64,000 nucleotides of DNA from an uncultured Bacteroidales bacterium (GCA_964587535.1 CAZPMA010000001.1:13153-77152), one strand, 5' to 3'; positions 42,557 to 52,548 are shown, numbered from the stretch's first letter. The notes: generated by a model not told the origin, from the sequence alone. A program made the numbers and translations.

Positions 42557-44497
42557 ATGATTTCGGTAGATCAGTTAACAGTTGAATTTGGTGGCTTTCA
42601 GTTATTTAACAATGTGTCTTTTTTAATTAACCCTAAAGACAGAATTGGTTTAGTTGGAAGAAATGGAGCAGGAAAATCGACTTTGTTGAAGATTTTTATG
42701 GGATTACAGTCTCCGGCCAAAGGAACAGTAACTGTACCTGCAGATATAAGCCTGGGATATCTTCCACAAAATATGATTTGCCGTGACAGTCGTACTGTTT
42801 TTGAAGAAGCCAGACTGGCTTTTTCTGAAGTATTAAAGTTAAACGAAAAGATAAAAAAGATAAATACTCAGCTAGCTGACCGAACAGACTATGAATCAAA
42901 AGAATATTTGAATCTTATTCATGATCTAACAGAAGCAAGTGACAGATACCAATTATTGGGTGGAGGATCTATTGAAGCAAATATTGAACAGACTTTAATA
43001 GGTCTGGGATTTAAATCAACAGATTTTTCAAGACAAACATCTGAGTTTAGTGGTGGTTGGAGAATGCGCATTGAATTGGCCAAAATTTTATTGCAAAAGC
43101 CTAATGTGTTGCTGCTTGATGAGCCTACAAATCATCTGGATATTGAAGCAATTCAGTGGTTTGAAGATTTCTTAAAAGAATACCCCGGAGCTGTTTTACT
43201 AATATCGCACGACAGGGCATTTTTAGATAACATTACAAATCGTACAGTTGAAATTTCATTGGGGAAAATTTATGATTACAATGTTTCTTATTCCAACTAT
43301 GAAGTTTTAAGAAAAGAAAGACGTGAGCAACAATTAGCAGCATACAGAAATCAGCAAAAGCTAATTGAAGAAACGGAAGATTTTATAGAACGGTTTAGGT
43401 ACAAAGCTACCAAGGCTGTACAGGTTCAATCAAGAATAAAACAGCTGGAGAAAATAAACAGGATTGAAGTGGAAGAAGAGGATAATTCAGCAATGAATAT
43501 CAAATTTCCACCGGCGCCCAGATCAGGAGATCTTGTTATACAGGCAAAGGAAGTTGAAAAAAAGTATGGCGAATTAACGGTTTTTAGCGATATAGATCTA
43601 ACTGTTCAACGTGGAGAGAAAATTGCATTTGTAGGGAGAAATGGAGAAGGAAAAACAACTTTATCGCGAATAATTATGAATGACCTTGATTATTCTGGTG
43701 AGATGAAAATTGGTCATAATGTTTCTATCGGATACTTTGCACAGAACCAGGATGAGTTGTTGGATGAGAAAAAAACAGTTTTTCAAACTATTGATGATAT
43801 TGCGGTTGGTGATGTTAGACTAAAAATCCGTGATATTTTAGGAGCATTTCTATTTAGTGGTGAAGATATTGATAAAAAAGTTAAGGTGCTTTCGGGTGGC
43901 GAGCGCTCAAGACTGGCAATGGCGAAGTTACTTCTGAAACCATATAATTTGCTTGTTCTCGATGAGCCAACAAATCATCTTGATATGCATTCAAAAGATA
44001 TTTTAAAAAATGCCTTAAACAATTATGAAGGCACATTAATTATTGTATCGCACGATAGGGAATTTTTAGACGATCTTGTTGAAAAGGTTTATGAATTCCG
44101 CGATAAAAAAATAAAAGAACATATAGGAGGTATATATGATTTTTTAAGAAAAAGAAAACTTGAAAATCTTAAAGAGATTGAACGCAAAGAGAAGGAGATA
44201 AAAAGCCCTAAAGAAAAAATTATTACAGATAACAAACAATCTTACCTGGAACGAAAGGAATTTGATAAAAAAATCCGAAAAATTGAGAATAAAGTTAAGG
44301 ATTGTGAAAAATATATTGAAGATATTGAACTAGAGATGGAGAAGATAAATGAGATATTAGCAGATCCCGAAAAAATGAATGATGATCTAAGCTTGTTTTC
44401 TAAGTATGAAGAGCTAAAAAAACAACTTGAAAAGGAAATGCATAGTTGGGAAGGCTTAACTCTGGAGTTAGAAGAATTGAAACAAGAAAGAAATTAA
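42557..44497 (+). CDS. ABC-F family ATPase (two ABC cassettes plus a C-terminal coiled coil)
   Basis: Two Walker A motifs (GRNGAGKST, GRNGEGKTT), two signatures (FSGGWRMR, LSGGERSR), and no TM domain. Confidence 0.9.
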   Translation: MISVDQLTVEFGGFQLFNNVSFLINPKDRIGLVGRNGAGKSTLLKIFMGLQSPAKGTVTVPADISLGYLPQNMICRDSRTVFEEARLAFSEVLKLNEKIKKINTQLADRTDYESKEYLNLIHDLTEASDRYQLLGGGSIEANIEQTLIGLGFKSTDFSRQTSEFSGGWRMRIELAKILLQKPNVLLLDEPTNHLDIEAIQWFEDFLKEYPGAVLLISHDRAFLDNITNRTVEISLGKIYDYNVSYSNYEVLRKERREQQLAAYRNQQKLIEETEDFIERFRYKATKAVQVQSRIKQLEKINRIEVEEEDNSAMNIKFPPAPRSGDLVIQAKEVEKKYGELTVFSDIDLTVQRGEKIAFVGRNGEGKTTLSRIIMNDLDYSGEMKIGHNVSIGYFAQNQDELLDEKKTVFQTIDDIAVGDVRLKIRDILGAFLFSGEDIDKKVKVLSGGERSRLAMAKLLLKPYNLLVLDEPTNHLDMHSKDILKNALNNYEGTLIIVSHDREFLDDLVEKVYEFRDKKIKEHIGGIYDFLRKRKLENLKEIERKEKEIKSPKEKIITDNKQSYLERKEFDKKIRKIENKVKDCEKYIEDIELEMEKINEILADPEKMNDDLSLFSKYEELKKQLEKEMHSWEGLTLELEELKQERN

Positions 44498-44530
44498 GTA
44501 TCTTTAGATATCTAATTCTGCAAAAATTAT

Positions 44531-45799
44531 ATGTTAAATAAACTCAAATATTTCTTTTTAATTATTATCCTTATTGATGTAAGTTGCAAATCTAATAAAG
44601 ATACTATCCCTCGAAATTTAGAGATGATCTATAATCCAATAAGGTCTTCAATACATCCGGAATATCGAGTTTATAATACTTCTGATTCAACTTCCATTAT
44701 TGCCGGAAAAATAAAAAACAGTGAATTATTATTTAATCAGGCTAACGATGAAAATAAGCTTTTAGCAAGGATTAAGGTTGAATGTAATCTCTATGATTTA
44801 AACAAAAAGGAAAAATTAATTGACAGTTCAGTACATTTTTTCAATTATGAGAGAAATTCTGAAATTCAATTTAGAAATATTGAAATTCCTTTTAATTCTA
44901 TATTGGGGGAAATTCTAATATTGGAAATTATTACCACAGATTTAAACAGAAAAAGCATACAGTTTTCTTTTTTATATGTTGACAGGAGTGAAGGAAAGAT
45001 GCTGCAAGATTTTATTTTAAAAAATAGAATTAATCAGCAACTAATAACGAAAAATGTTTATAATAATGATACGTTATTTGAAATAGATTCTTATAATGAG
45101 AAGTATGATTCGTTAAATGTTTTCTTTTTTAATTCTAACTATGAAATACCTAAACCGCCAGAAGAAATTCATGATGTAGAATATTCTTTTACAGAATACG
45201 ATACATCTTGGGTTGAATACACAGACTCCATAAGATACGAACACTTTTTTAAAGAAGGATTGTATTATATTACAAACAGAGATGTACCTGCAAATGGTTT
45301 TACTTTATTGAACTTTGGTTCTGAATTTCCAAAAGTAAAAACTCCAAAAGAATTGTTAGGACCATTGCAGTATTTTGGTTTACAGGATACTTTAAAGCAA
45401 GATTCAACCGGAAGATACAGCAAATTGCTTGTTGATAATTTTTGGCTGGAAAGAGCAAATAATATTAATAAATCAAGAGAATTACTTCAAAAATTCTATA
45501 ATAGGGTAATGTTTGCAAATCTCTATTTTACTTCATTTATGGAAGGATGGAAAACAGATCGCGGAATGATATATATTATTTATGGTCAACCAGATTATGT
45601 TTTTAAATCGGATGAAGAAGAAAGGTGGATTTATAATCCAATTGATTTAGGACCAGGTTATGGTTTTGTATTTAAATATTACGCAAATCCGTTCAGTTTA
45701 AATCACTATGTTTTAGATAGAGAAAAAGCAAAATCAACGGGCTGGGAAGAAGCAATAAATATTTGGTTAAAGGGAGAAGTAAATTATTATCAAAATTGA
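44531..45799 (+). CDS. GWxTD-domain protein, secreted
   Basis: Signal-like N-terminus and GWKTDRGMIYIIYGQPD. Confidence 0.8.
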   Translation: MLNKLKYFFLIIILIDVSCKSNKDTIPRNLEMIYNPIRSSIHPEYRVYNTSDSTSIIAGKIKNSELLFNQANDENKLLARIKVECNLYDLNKKEKLIDSSVHFFNYERNSEIQFRNIEIPFNSILGEILILEIITTDLNRKSIQFSFLYVDRSEGKMLQDFILKNRINQQLITKNVYNNDTLFEIDSYNEKYDSLNVFFFNSNYEIPKPPEEIHDVEYSFTEYDTSWVEYTDSIRYEHFFKEGLYYITNRDVPANGFTLLNFGSEFPKVKTPKELLGPLQYFGLQDTLKQDSTGRYSKLLVDNFWLERANNINKSRELLQKFYNRVMFANLYFTSFMEGWKTDRGMIYIIYGQPDYVFKSDEEERWIYNPIDLGPGYGFVFKYYANPFSLNHYVLDREKAKSTGWEEAINIWLKGEVNYYQN

Positions 45800-45928
45800 A
45801 TATGATGTAATGAACATGAACTTTATTTATCATAAGTTTACACAAGGGGATGATAAAAAAGTACATTGTGAGTTAATGAATGTACTAAAGTTTTTGGTGC
45901 ATTTTACAAGAACAAAAATTTTAAACAG

Positions 45929-46669
45929 ATGAAAGAAAGTAAAGAATATATATTCGGAATAAGAGCTGTAATAGAAGCGATTAAATCAGGAAAAACTATT
46001 GATAAGTTAATGATTAGTAGCGGATTAAAGGGGGAGTTATTCCATGAATTAATGATTTTAGTAAAAGAGTTTCAAATATCTTTTCAATATGTTCCAAATG
46101 AGCGTATTAATAGAGTAACAATGAAAAATCATCAGGGGGTATTAGCTTTTATTTCTCCCATAGAATTTCAAAATATTGAAAATATCTTACCATCACTATA
46201 CGAAAAAGGCGAAACTCCTTTGTTCATAATTCTTGATAGTGTAACTGATGTAAGAAATTTTGGGGCTATTACAAGAACAGCTGAATGTGCAAAAGTACAT
46301 GCAATAATAATCCCTGAAAAAGGATCTGCACGAATATCTGCAGATGCAGTAAAAACTTCAGCAGGTGCTTTACATAAAATTCCTGTTTGCAGAGTTAAAA
46401 ATTTATCGAAAACAATAAAATTTATGCAAGAATCCGGAATTCAGATTGTGGCAGCTACAGAAAAAGCCAATGAAAATTACTATCAGGTTGATTTTAAAGT
46501 GCCAACAGCAATCTTAATGGGAGCAGAAGATACAGGTGTGTCGATGGATTATTTGCGTATAGCTGATAAAATGGTAAATATTCCTATTCTGGGAGAAATT
46601 GAATCATTAAATGTTTCTGTGGCAGCAGGAATATTAGTTTATGAAGCAGTAAAACAAAGATTAAATTAG
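45929..46669 (+). CDS. rlmB: 23S rRNA (guanosine-2'-O)-methyltransferase, SpoU/TrmH class
   Basis: SpoU motifs (NFGAITRTAE, LMGAEDTGVS, ESLNVSVAAGI) and an N-terminal substrate-binding domain. Confidence 0.88.
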   Translation: MKESKEYIFGIRAVIEAIKSGKTIDKLMISSGLKGELFHELMILVKEFQISFQYVPNERINRVTMKNHQGVLAFISPIEFQNIENILPSLYEKGETPLFIILDSVTDVRNFGAITRTAECAKVHAIIIPEKGSARISADAVKTSAGALHKIPVCRVKNLSKTIKFMQESGIQIVAATEKANENYYQVDFKVPTAILMGAEDTGVSMDYLRIADKMVNIPILGEIESLNVSVAAGILVYEAVKQRLN

Positions 46670-46804
46670 GCTTTTTTTAAGGTAAAAGTAAATGTGGTTC
46701 TTTCGCCAGCTTTGCTGTCTACATTTATTTCGCGACCATTTCTTTTATATAAATTCTTTACAAATAATAAGACCTAAACCAGAACCTTTTTCGTCATTGA
46801 TTCC
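46666..46804 (-). pseudogene. Relic of a histidine-kinase C-terminus (HATPase G2 box to stop), frameshifted
   Basis: Minus strand reads GINDEKGSGLGLIICKEFI* (stop at 46745-46747). In another frame it continues NGREINVDSKAGERTTFTFTLKKA*. This parallels EEKGSGLGLILCKEFVEKNGGKIWVESEINKGSAFIFTLPKK of the neighbouring kinase. Confidence 0.7.
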
Positions 46805-46985
46805 TTATTAGAAAAGCTTTGATCAAGTTTAATTATCAAACTATCAATATTATTGTGGATGAAAATGGATAGAGTAAAGCAATCAGTAAGAGAAATTCTG
46901 TATAAAATGTATGGCACATTATTTTGTTAAATATAAAAACTTGTTAAGAAAATGGAACAATAAAAATCAAAACATCCAATTGACT

Positions 46986-48191
46986 TTATACCATACTTTT
47001 CTTAGGGAGTGTAAATATAAAAGCAGAACCTTTATTAATTTCACTTTCTACCCAAATTTTCCCTCCATTCTTTTCAACAAACTCTTTACATAATATTAAT
47101 CCTAAACCAGAGCCTTTTTCTTCCTTTGTGCCTTCAGTTGTTACATGCTGATCAATTCTAAAAAGCTTTTCTTGTACATCTTTAGGAATTCCGATACCAT
47201 GATCGATTACAGCAAACTCAATATTCTGATCTTTACTAATACATCTAAGATTAATTGATGAATCAGAATTTGAAAATTTAATAGCATTACTAACAAGATT
47301 TCTGATAACCGTAGTTATCATATTTTCATCAGCAAAAACGATCATTTCAGGATTAATGTTTAGATTAATTTTAAGTTGTTTATTTTCAATGTTAAGCATC
47401 ATCGAATCTAGAGCATTATCAACCATTTTTTTCAATGAAATATAATGAGGCTCATAATTCATATTTCCTGTTTGTGCTCTAGACCATTCTAATAAATTTT
47501 CAAGCAGATTATATAATTGTTTTGATGCCTGGTTCATTACATCAACAAACTCTTTTCTCTCTTTTTCAGATAAAATATCAAAGTTTGCAGATAAAACATC
47601 TGTTAAATTAAGAAAACCTGCTATTGGATTTCTTAGATCATGAGCAACAATTGAAAAGAATTTATCTTTACTTGCATTTAATTCTGTTAGCTGCTCACTT
47701 TGCAAACTAATAGTCTTTTTAGCTTTTTTAAGATCAATCATTTTCCCAAAAAGCTCGATAGTTCTGTCTCTAAACTTTTCAGATGAATTTTTTAACAGTA
47801 TTTGATGTTTTTCAATTTCTTTTTGTTGTAGCTCTAATTTTTGATTCTGCACACTAATAGTCTTTTTGGCTTTTTTTAAATCAATCATTTTGCCAAAAAG
47901 ATTAATTGTTCTTGCTCTAAACTTATCTGAAGCTTCTTCTAGTTTTTTTTGCTGATCTTCTAACTCTAGTCTCTGTAGTTCTAGTGTTTTAAATTGTTCA
48001 AAAATAATATCCTGCGCTTTTTCCAGGCTTGCAACTTTATCTGAAAGTTTAACTTTTTCAGCCTGCGATTCCTTTAAATGTTCATTTAATTCTGAAAGCT
48101 CATTCGCAAAGTTTTGTTCAGATCCAGATTTTTCATCTAAATTATTAGGTATATTTTCTTCAAAAGATTTATTTAAATTCTGGACAGCCAT
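46986..48191 (-). CDS. Cytoplasmic sensor histidine kinase with a long N-terminal coiled coil (internally duplicated)
   Basis: H-box FFSIVAHDLRNP, N box NLVSNAIKFS, G1 DHGIGI, G2 GSGLGL. No TM segment. Confidence 0.88.
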   Translation of the reverse strand: MAVQNLNKSFEENIPNNLDEKSGSEQNFANELSELNEHLKESQAEKVKLSDKVASLEKAQDIIFEQFKTLELQRLELEDQQKKLEEASDKFRARTINLFGKMIDLKKAKKTISVQNQKLELQQKEIEKHQILLKNSSEKFRDRTIELFGKMIDLKKAKKTISLQSEQLTELNASKDKFFSIVAHDLRNPIAGFLNLTDVLSANFDILSEKERKEFVDVMNQASKQLYNLLENLLEWSRAQTGNMNYEPHYISLKKMVDNALDSMMLNIENKQLKINLNINPEMIVFADENMITTVIRNLVSNAIKFSNSDSSINLRCISKDQNIEFAVIDHGIGIPKDVQEKLFRIDQHVTTEGTKEEKGSGLGLILCKEFVEKNGGKIWVESEINKGSAFIFTLPKKSMV

Positions 48192-48342
48192 ATTAGCTCA
48201 TTATATTTAATATATTATTATGTAGTTACGTTTTTAAAATGCAAATGTTTCCTTTCTCTTCATTTACATTTTACTTTATGCTCGTAATCAAAAAAATAAA
48301 TTACTTAAAGTCTAGCATTAGCTTTTTTAAATAAAGTTTTTA

Positions 48343-49611
48343 TTAAATTTTTGATAAACTTTTAAAATCATCTCCGGTTGGATTCTGAAAAACGTGAAGA
48401 TCAAATTCTGAAACAACAGCTAAGATATGATCAAATATATCTGCTTGGATTTGCTCATAAACACCCCACGCTTGTTCTTTACTAAAACAATATATTTGGA
48501 TGGGTAAACCTATTTCTGTTGGTTGTAAATGTCTTACAAGCAAAGTGTACCCCGATCCTTTACTATGAATTTTTGGATGATTTTCAAGATACATCTCAAC
48601 ATATTTTCGAAACACACCTACATTTGTTAAATTTCTTCTGCTAACCTTATCCTTGTCATCAATTCCAAGTTCTTTGTTGTAGTTTTCGATTTCTTCTTGC
48701 TTCTGAATAATATAATCTTGAATTAGCTTAATTTTCTTAAATTTTTCTAACATTTCATGATCACAAAATTTGATGCTTTTTAAATCAACATAAATTGAAC
48801 GTGCAATTCTTCTTCCTTCCGACTCTTCCATTCCTTTCCAGTTTTGGAACGATTCAGATATTAATGCATAAGTAGGAACAGTAACAATAGTTCTATCAAA
48901 ATTCTGAACTTTAACGGTATTTAATGTGATCTCTAACACTGTTCCGTCAGCATTTCTACTTGGCATGGTAATCCAATCGCCTGGTTTTACCATTTGATTT
49001 GCAGAAAGTTGTATGCTGGAAACAAATCCTAGAATAGTATCTTTAAAAACTAAAATTAGTATTGCAGCAATTGCACCTAAACTGGCTAACAAAGTACCTG
49101 GAGATTTACCAAGTATTACTGAAAGTATTACAATTATACCAAATGCAAAAATGATAATCTTGACACTCTGAATATATCCTTTTATGGGTCGTTCTTTTGA
49201 TACCGGAAGTGTTAAATAAGCATCATGCAAGGCAGTTAAAAATGCATCAAGCACAAGCATCCCGGTAAAAATCATATATATATAAGTAGCTGATTGGACG
49301 AACTTTGCAGCATTTGGAAAGTCGATCAATCCAACTTTTGCAAAAACATAAATGACAATAGCGGGTGCTAAGTGTGAAAGTCGTTTAAAAACTTTGGGTT
49401 GAAAAAGCACATCATCCCAACTATATTTTGTCTTCTTTATCAAATTACGAATAAATCTAAATAGAATTCTATTTGAAATAAAAAACACTATATAAGAAAG
49501 TAATAAAATTAGGATGATGATAATGGCTGATTTTATCATAATAGCATAATGTTCAGTCAAGCCTAATTGTAAAAGCCAATCTTTTAATTTTAATCCAAAA
49601 TTAGAATTCAT
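48343..49611 (-). CDS. MscS-family mechanosensitive channel
   Basis: TM helices followed by the MscS beta-domain (VKPGDWITM...GTVLEITLNTVKVQNFDRTIVTVP). Confidence 0.85.
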   Translation of the reverse strand: MNSNFGLKLKDWLLQLGLTEHYAIMIKSAIIIILILLLSYIVFFISNRILFRFIRNLIKKTKYSWDDVLFQPKVFKRLSHLAPAIVIYVFAKVGLIDFPNAAKFVQSATYIYMIFTGMLVLDAFLTALHDAYLTLPVSKERPIKGYIQSVKIIIFAFGIIVILSVILGKSPGTLLASLGAIAAILILVFKDTILGFVSSIQLSANQMVKPGDWITMPSRNADGTVLEITLNTVKVQNFDRTIVTVPTYALISESFQNWKGMEESEGRRIARSIYVDLKSIKFCDHEMLEKFKKIKLIQDYIIQKQEEIENYNKELGIDDKDKVSRRNLTNVGVFRKYVEMYLENHPKIHSKGSGYTLLVRHLQPTEIGLPIQIYCFSKEQAWGVYEQIQADIFDHILAVVSEFDLHVFQNPTGDDFKSLSKI

Positions 49612-49684
49612 AGTCCAATAATTTTTAAGATGTTATTTGTAAATTTAGCCACGAAAATAGGATTATTCTTAAAATAATAAAAAT

Positions 49685-50950
49685 ATGAGAAATATATTAT
49701 TGATACTTATTGTTTTAATCGGAACAGGCTGTATAGCTCAGGTTAACTATGATAGGTTCTTTACCGAAAATTCTATGAGAGTTGATTTGGTTATTGCGGG
49801 CGATTCAAATAGTGAAAACATTTATTTCCATTCTATTAAAAAAGAACAATTTTGGGGTGGTTCTAAAAATAGTTTATTGGATGTGTTTGATTATGGAGAG
49901 TTTACATACAAGGTTTTTGATAAAGAATCTGGAGAATTAATTTTTTCCGGAGGTTTTTGTAATCTGTTTAATGAATGGCAAACCATTGAAGAAGCAACAA
50001 AAATTGAAAAAAGTTTTTTTCAGACAATCGTTTTTCCATTCCCACAAAAAGAAATTGAGTTGAAGATATTTGCAAGAACAAGAGATGGGAAACAAAATCA
50101 GGTTTTTACACAGGATATCAATCCAGATAATTATTTTATTAATCCCGAAAAGCAAAGGTATAATTACGAAAAATTAGTTTATAATGGTAATCCTGAAAAA
50201 AAAGTAGACCTTGTTTTTATTGCTGAAGGATATTCAGCAGATGAAATGGAAAAGTTTAAGAACGATTCAAAGAAATTTGCTGATTTTCTTTTTTCACAAA
50301 AACCTTTTGATCGATTTAAAGATGAATTTAATATTTGGATTGTAGAATCTGTATCTGAAGAAGCAGGAACTGATATTCCGGGGTATAATATCTATAAACG
50401 AACAGTTGTCAATAGTAGTTTCTATACTTTTGATAGTGAGCGTTATTTAATGAGTGAAGATATTTTTAAAATTAGAGATATCGCTTCGGTTGTCCCTTAT
50501 GATGATATTTGTGTATTAGTAAATACAGATAAGTATGGTGGTGGAGGTATTTATAATTACCATGCGATCTTTTCTGTCGATAATGATTATTCGGATAAAG
50601 TGTTTGTGCATGAATTTGGCCATTCATTTGCCGGTTTAGGAGATGAGTATTATTATGCAAACGATGAGGAATTTTACAATTTAACAATTGAACCCTGGGA
50701 ACCTAATTTGACAACACTTGTAGATTTTGAAAAAAAATGGAAGGATAAAATTGATGAACAGATACCTATTCCAACTCCAAGAGAAAAGGATTATGAAAAA
50801 TCTATTGGTGTTTTTGAAGGAGGAGGGTATGTAAATAAAGGGATGTATAGTCCTTATATGGATTGTAGAATGAAAACCAATGCTGCTGATCAGTTTTGTC
50901 CTGTATGTCAGGAGGCTATAATTAAAATGATTCAGTTTAAGATAAAATAA
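49685..50950 (+). CDS. M64-family (IgA-peptidase-like) metallopeptidase, secreted
   Basis: Signal peptide and HEFGHSFAGLGDEY. Confidence 0.85.
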   Translation: MRNILLILIVLIGTGCIAQVNYDRFFTENSMRVDLVIAGDSNSENIYFHSIKKEQFWGGSKNSLLDVFDYGEFTYKVFDKESGELIFSGGFCNLFNEWQTIEEATKIEKSFFQTIVFPFPQKEIELKIFARTRDGKQNQVFTQDINPDNYFINPEKQRYNYEKLVYNGNPEKKVDLVFIAEGYSADEMEKFKNDSKKFADFLFSQKPFDRFKDEFNIWIVESVSEEAGTDIPGYNIYKRTVVNSSFYTFDSERYLMSEDIFKIRDIASVVPYDDICVLVNTDKYGGGGIYNYHAIFSVDNDYSDKVFVHEFGHSFAGLGDEYYYANDEEFYNLTIEPWEPNLTTLVDFEKKWKDKIDEQIPIPTPREKDYEKSIGVFEGGGYVNKGMYSPYMDCRMKTNAADQFCPVCQEAIIKMIQFKIK

Positions 50951-50978
50951 AGAAAGCAGCTGTTAAAGCTGCTTTTTC
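50951..50978. terminator. Bidirectional intrinsic terminator
   Basis: Stem aaagcagct/agctgcttt followed by T residues, between convergent genes. Confidence 0.75.
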
Positions 50979-50985
50979 AGTATAA

Positions 50986-51315
50986 TTATTCTGTTCTTTT
51001 ATGCTTTCTGGCAATAAAGTAGTAAACAACTAATCCTATTCCACCAAATAAGAAAATCATTGATAAATAAGCTACACCTTCATTAATATGAGTGTATTCG
51101 CATAGAAGCTCACCTAAAAGAAATCCGATAGCAATTCCTATACAGAATATACCATATTTTAAACTAGGAGCTACATTTGCTTCGCTATTGAAAATCGAAG
51201 CTGTTAATCCTTTGTCAATTAAAGCTAATCTTTCTTTTCTTCTTACATATAAATGGAAAATACCATATACAACAAGAAAGAATGCTATACCTACTAAAAA
51301 ATCTAAATCTTCCAT
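50986..51315 (-). CDS. Small three-helix membrane protein, probable ECF regulon member
   Basis: Hydrophobic helices. Preceded by an ECF-type promoter identical in its key boxes to that of the divergent sigma gene. Confidence 0.6.
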   Translation of the reverse strand: MEDLDFLVGIAFFLVVYGIFHLYVRRKERLALIDKGLTASIFNSEANVAPSLKYGIFCIGIAIGFLLGELLCEYTHINEGVAYLSMIFLFGGIGLVVYYFIARKHKRTE

Positions 51316-51349
51316 AATTAATTTGTTTTAGTTCAACATTGTTTTATTG

Positions 51350-51379
51350 CTATGACGCCGCCTTTTTTTATCTGGTTAC
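51350..51379 (-). promoter_or_regulatory. ECF-type promoter GTAACC-N16-CGTCATAG (minus strand)
   Basis: Minus strand reads gtaaccagataaaaaaaggcggcgtcatag, about 35 nt upstream of the start at 51315. Confidence 0.6.
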
Positions 51380-51424
51380 ACTTTTTGCAAAAAAAAAATA
51401 GTGTAACTTGTCTTCTTATTTTAT

Positions 51425-51453
51425 GTAACCTGTTTTTAGTTTTTGCGTCATAG
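51425..51453 (+). promoter_or_regulatory. ECF-type promoter GTAACC-N15-CGTCATAG (plus strand, probably autoregulatory)
   Basis: gtaacctgtttttagtttttgcgtcatag, 17 nt upstream of the sigma-factor GTG start at 51470. Confidence 0.6.
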
Positions 51454-51469
51454 ATAAAAAAGAGATGGA

Positions 51470-52039
51470 GTGAAAGACGATAAACATTATATACAGCGCG
51501 TAATTAATGGAGATGTAAATGCTTTTAGCTATTTGGTTGAGATGCACAAAGGATTGGTTTATACAATTGCTCTTAGAATGCTAAAAAATACTGAAGATGC
51601 AGAAGAATTAGCTCAGGATACTTTTGTTAAGGCCTATAATTCCTTAAAAGATTTTAAATTTGAATCTAAATTCTCTACCTGGCTATATAGAATAACATAT
51701 AATGGAGCTATTTCCAAATTAAGAAAAAAACAAATTGAATTAGCTGATGTTGAAAGTGAGAATTTACCAGAGCATGAAGTTATTTCTGCTTTTAACTCAA
51801 TAAATGAACTTCAAAGAAATGAACAGAAAAAATATATAAATGAAGCAATTGAGCAATTAAAACAAGAAGATGCTTTATTAATTACATTATATTATTTTGA
51901 CGAAAGTACAATAGAAGAAATTAGTCAGATAACTCAACTTACTGTTTCAAACGTTAAGGTTAAATTACATAGAGCCAGGAAACGTTTTTATGATGAACTG
52001 AAATATATTTTAAAAGAAGAAGTGAGGGCTATATTATGA
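51470..52039 (+). CDS. ECF-type RNA polymerase sigma factor
   Basis: Region 2 (AEELAQDTFVKAY...FSTWLYRITYNGAISKLRK) and region 4 (IEEISQITQLTVSNVKVKLHRARKRF). Confidence 0.88.
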   Translation: MKDDKHYIQRVINGDVNAFSYLVEMHKGLVYTIALRMLKNTEDAEELAQDTFVKAYNSLKDFKFESKFSTWLYRITYNGAISKLRKKQIELADVESENLPEHEVISAFNSINELQRNEQKKYINEAIEQLKQEDALLITLYYFDESTIEEISQITQLTVSNVKVKLHRARKRFYDELKYILKEEVRAIL

Positions 52040-52452
52040 ACAATAAAAAATTAAATATTGACGAATACACTAAAAAACTAGTGCGAAAAGGAGATATTAA
52101 TCAACCCGGTCCTGATTTTACAAAAAGTGTGATGGGTCAAATACTAAAAGATCCTAAGGTTCAGGTAAGCCTTTTTACTGCAGATGATAAAAAAAGTAAC
52201 TGGTGGTTATTTATCTCCGTTGGGGTAATGTTTATTGCCTATCTTATCTATTATTTTATTAAAAATGGATTTAATATTAATTCGGGTAATGGTTTGTTGG
52301 AATCTTTTGGATTTGTAAAAGCTTTCTCTGATTTTTTCATTAATTTATTTAGCGAGTTAAGTATTTCTCCGTTTATTTTATTAGCCTTAATAGGGGTTGT
52401 GGTTCTAGTTATTCTTGATAAAACGATAGTTCGGTATTTATATTCAATTTAA
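52036..52452 (+). CDS. Membrane protein co-transcribed with the ECF sigma (candidate anti-sigma factor)
   Basis: 4-nt overlap with the sigma gene. Cytoplasmic N-terminus followed by two TM helices. Confidence 0.5.
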   Translation: MNNKKLNIDEYTKKLVRKGDINQPGPDFTKSVMGQILKDPKVQVSLFTADDKKSNWWLFISVGVMFIAYLIYYFIKNGFNINSGNGLLESFGFVKAFSDFFINLFSELSISPFILLALIGVVVLVILDKTIVRYLYSI

Positions 52453-52473
52453 AACATAAAAACATAATTAATT

Positions 52474-52509
52474 AAGGATCGTAAATTTTGCGATCCTTAT
52501 TTATTTTTT
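52474..52509 (+). terminator. Intrinsic terminator
   Basis: Stem aaggatcg/cgatcctt followed by a T-rich tract. Confidence 0.75.
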
Positions 52510-52548
52510 AAATTTGAGAGCAAATAAAAGATTAATTGATCCCATAAA

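Noticed and set aside
45810-45932. 40-codon ORF (MNMNFIYHKFTQGDDKK...) ending in an ATGA overlap with the rlmB start
   Set aside because: It has no recognisable features and its position is plausible for a promoter or 5' UTR. I cannot distinguish it from chance without conservation data.
46911-47093. 60-aa ORF on the + strand
   Set aside because: It overlaps the 3' end of the histidine kinase on the opposite strand, and its sequence is AT-driven low complexity.
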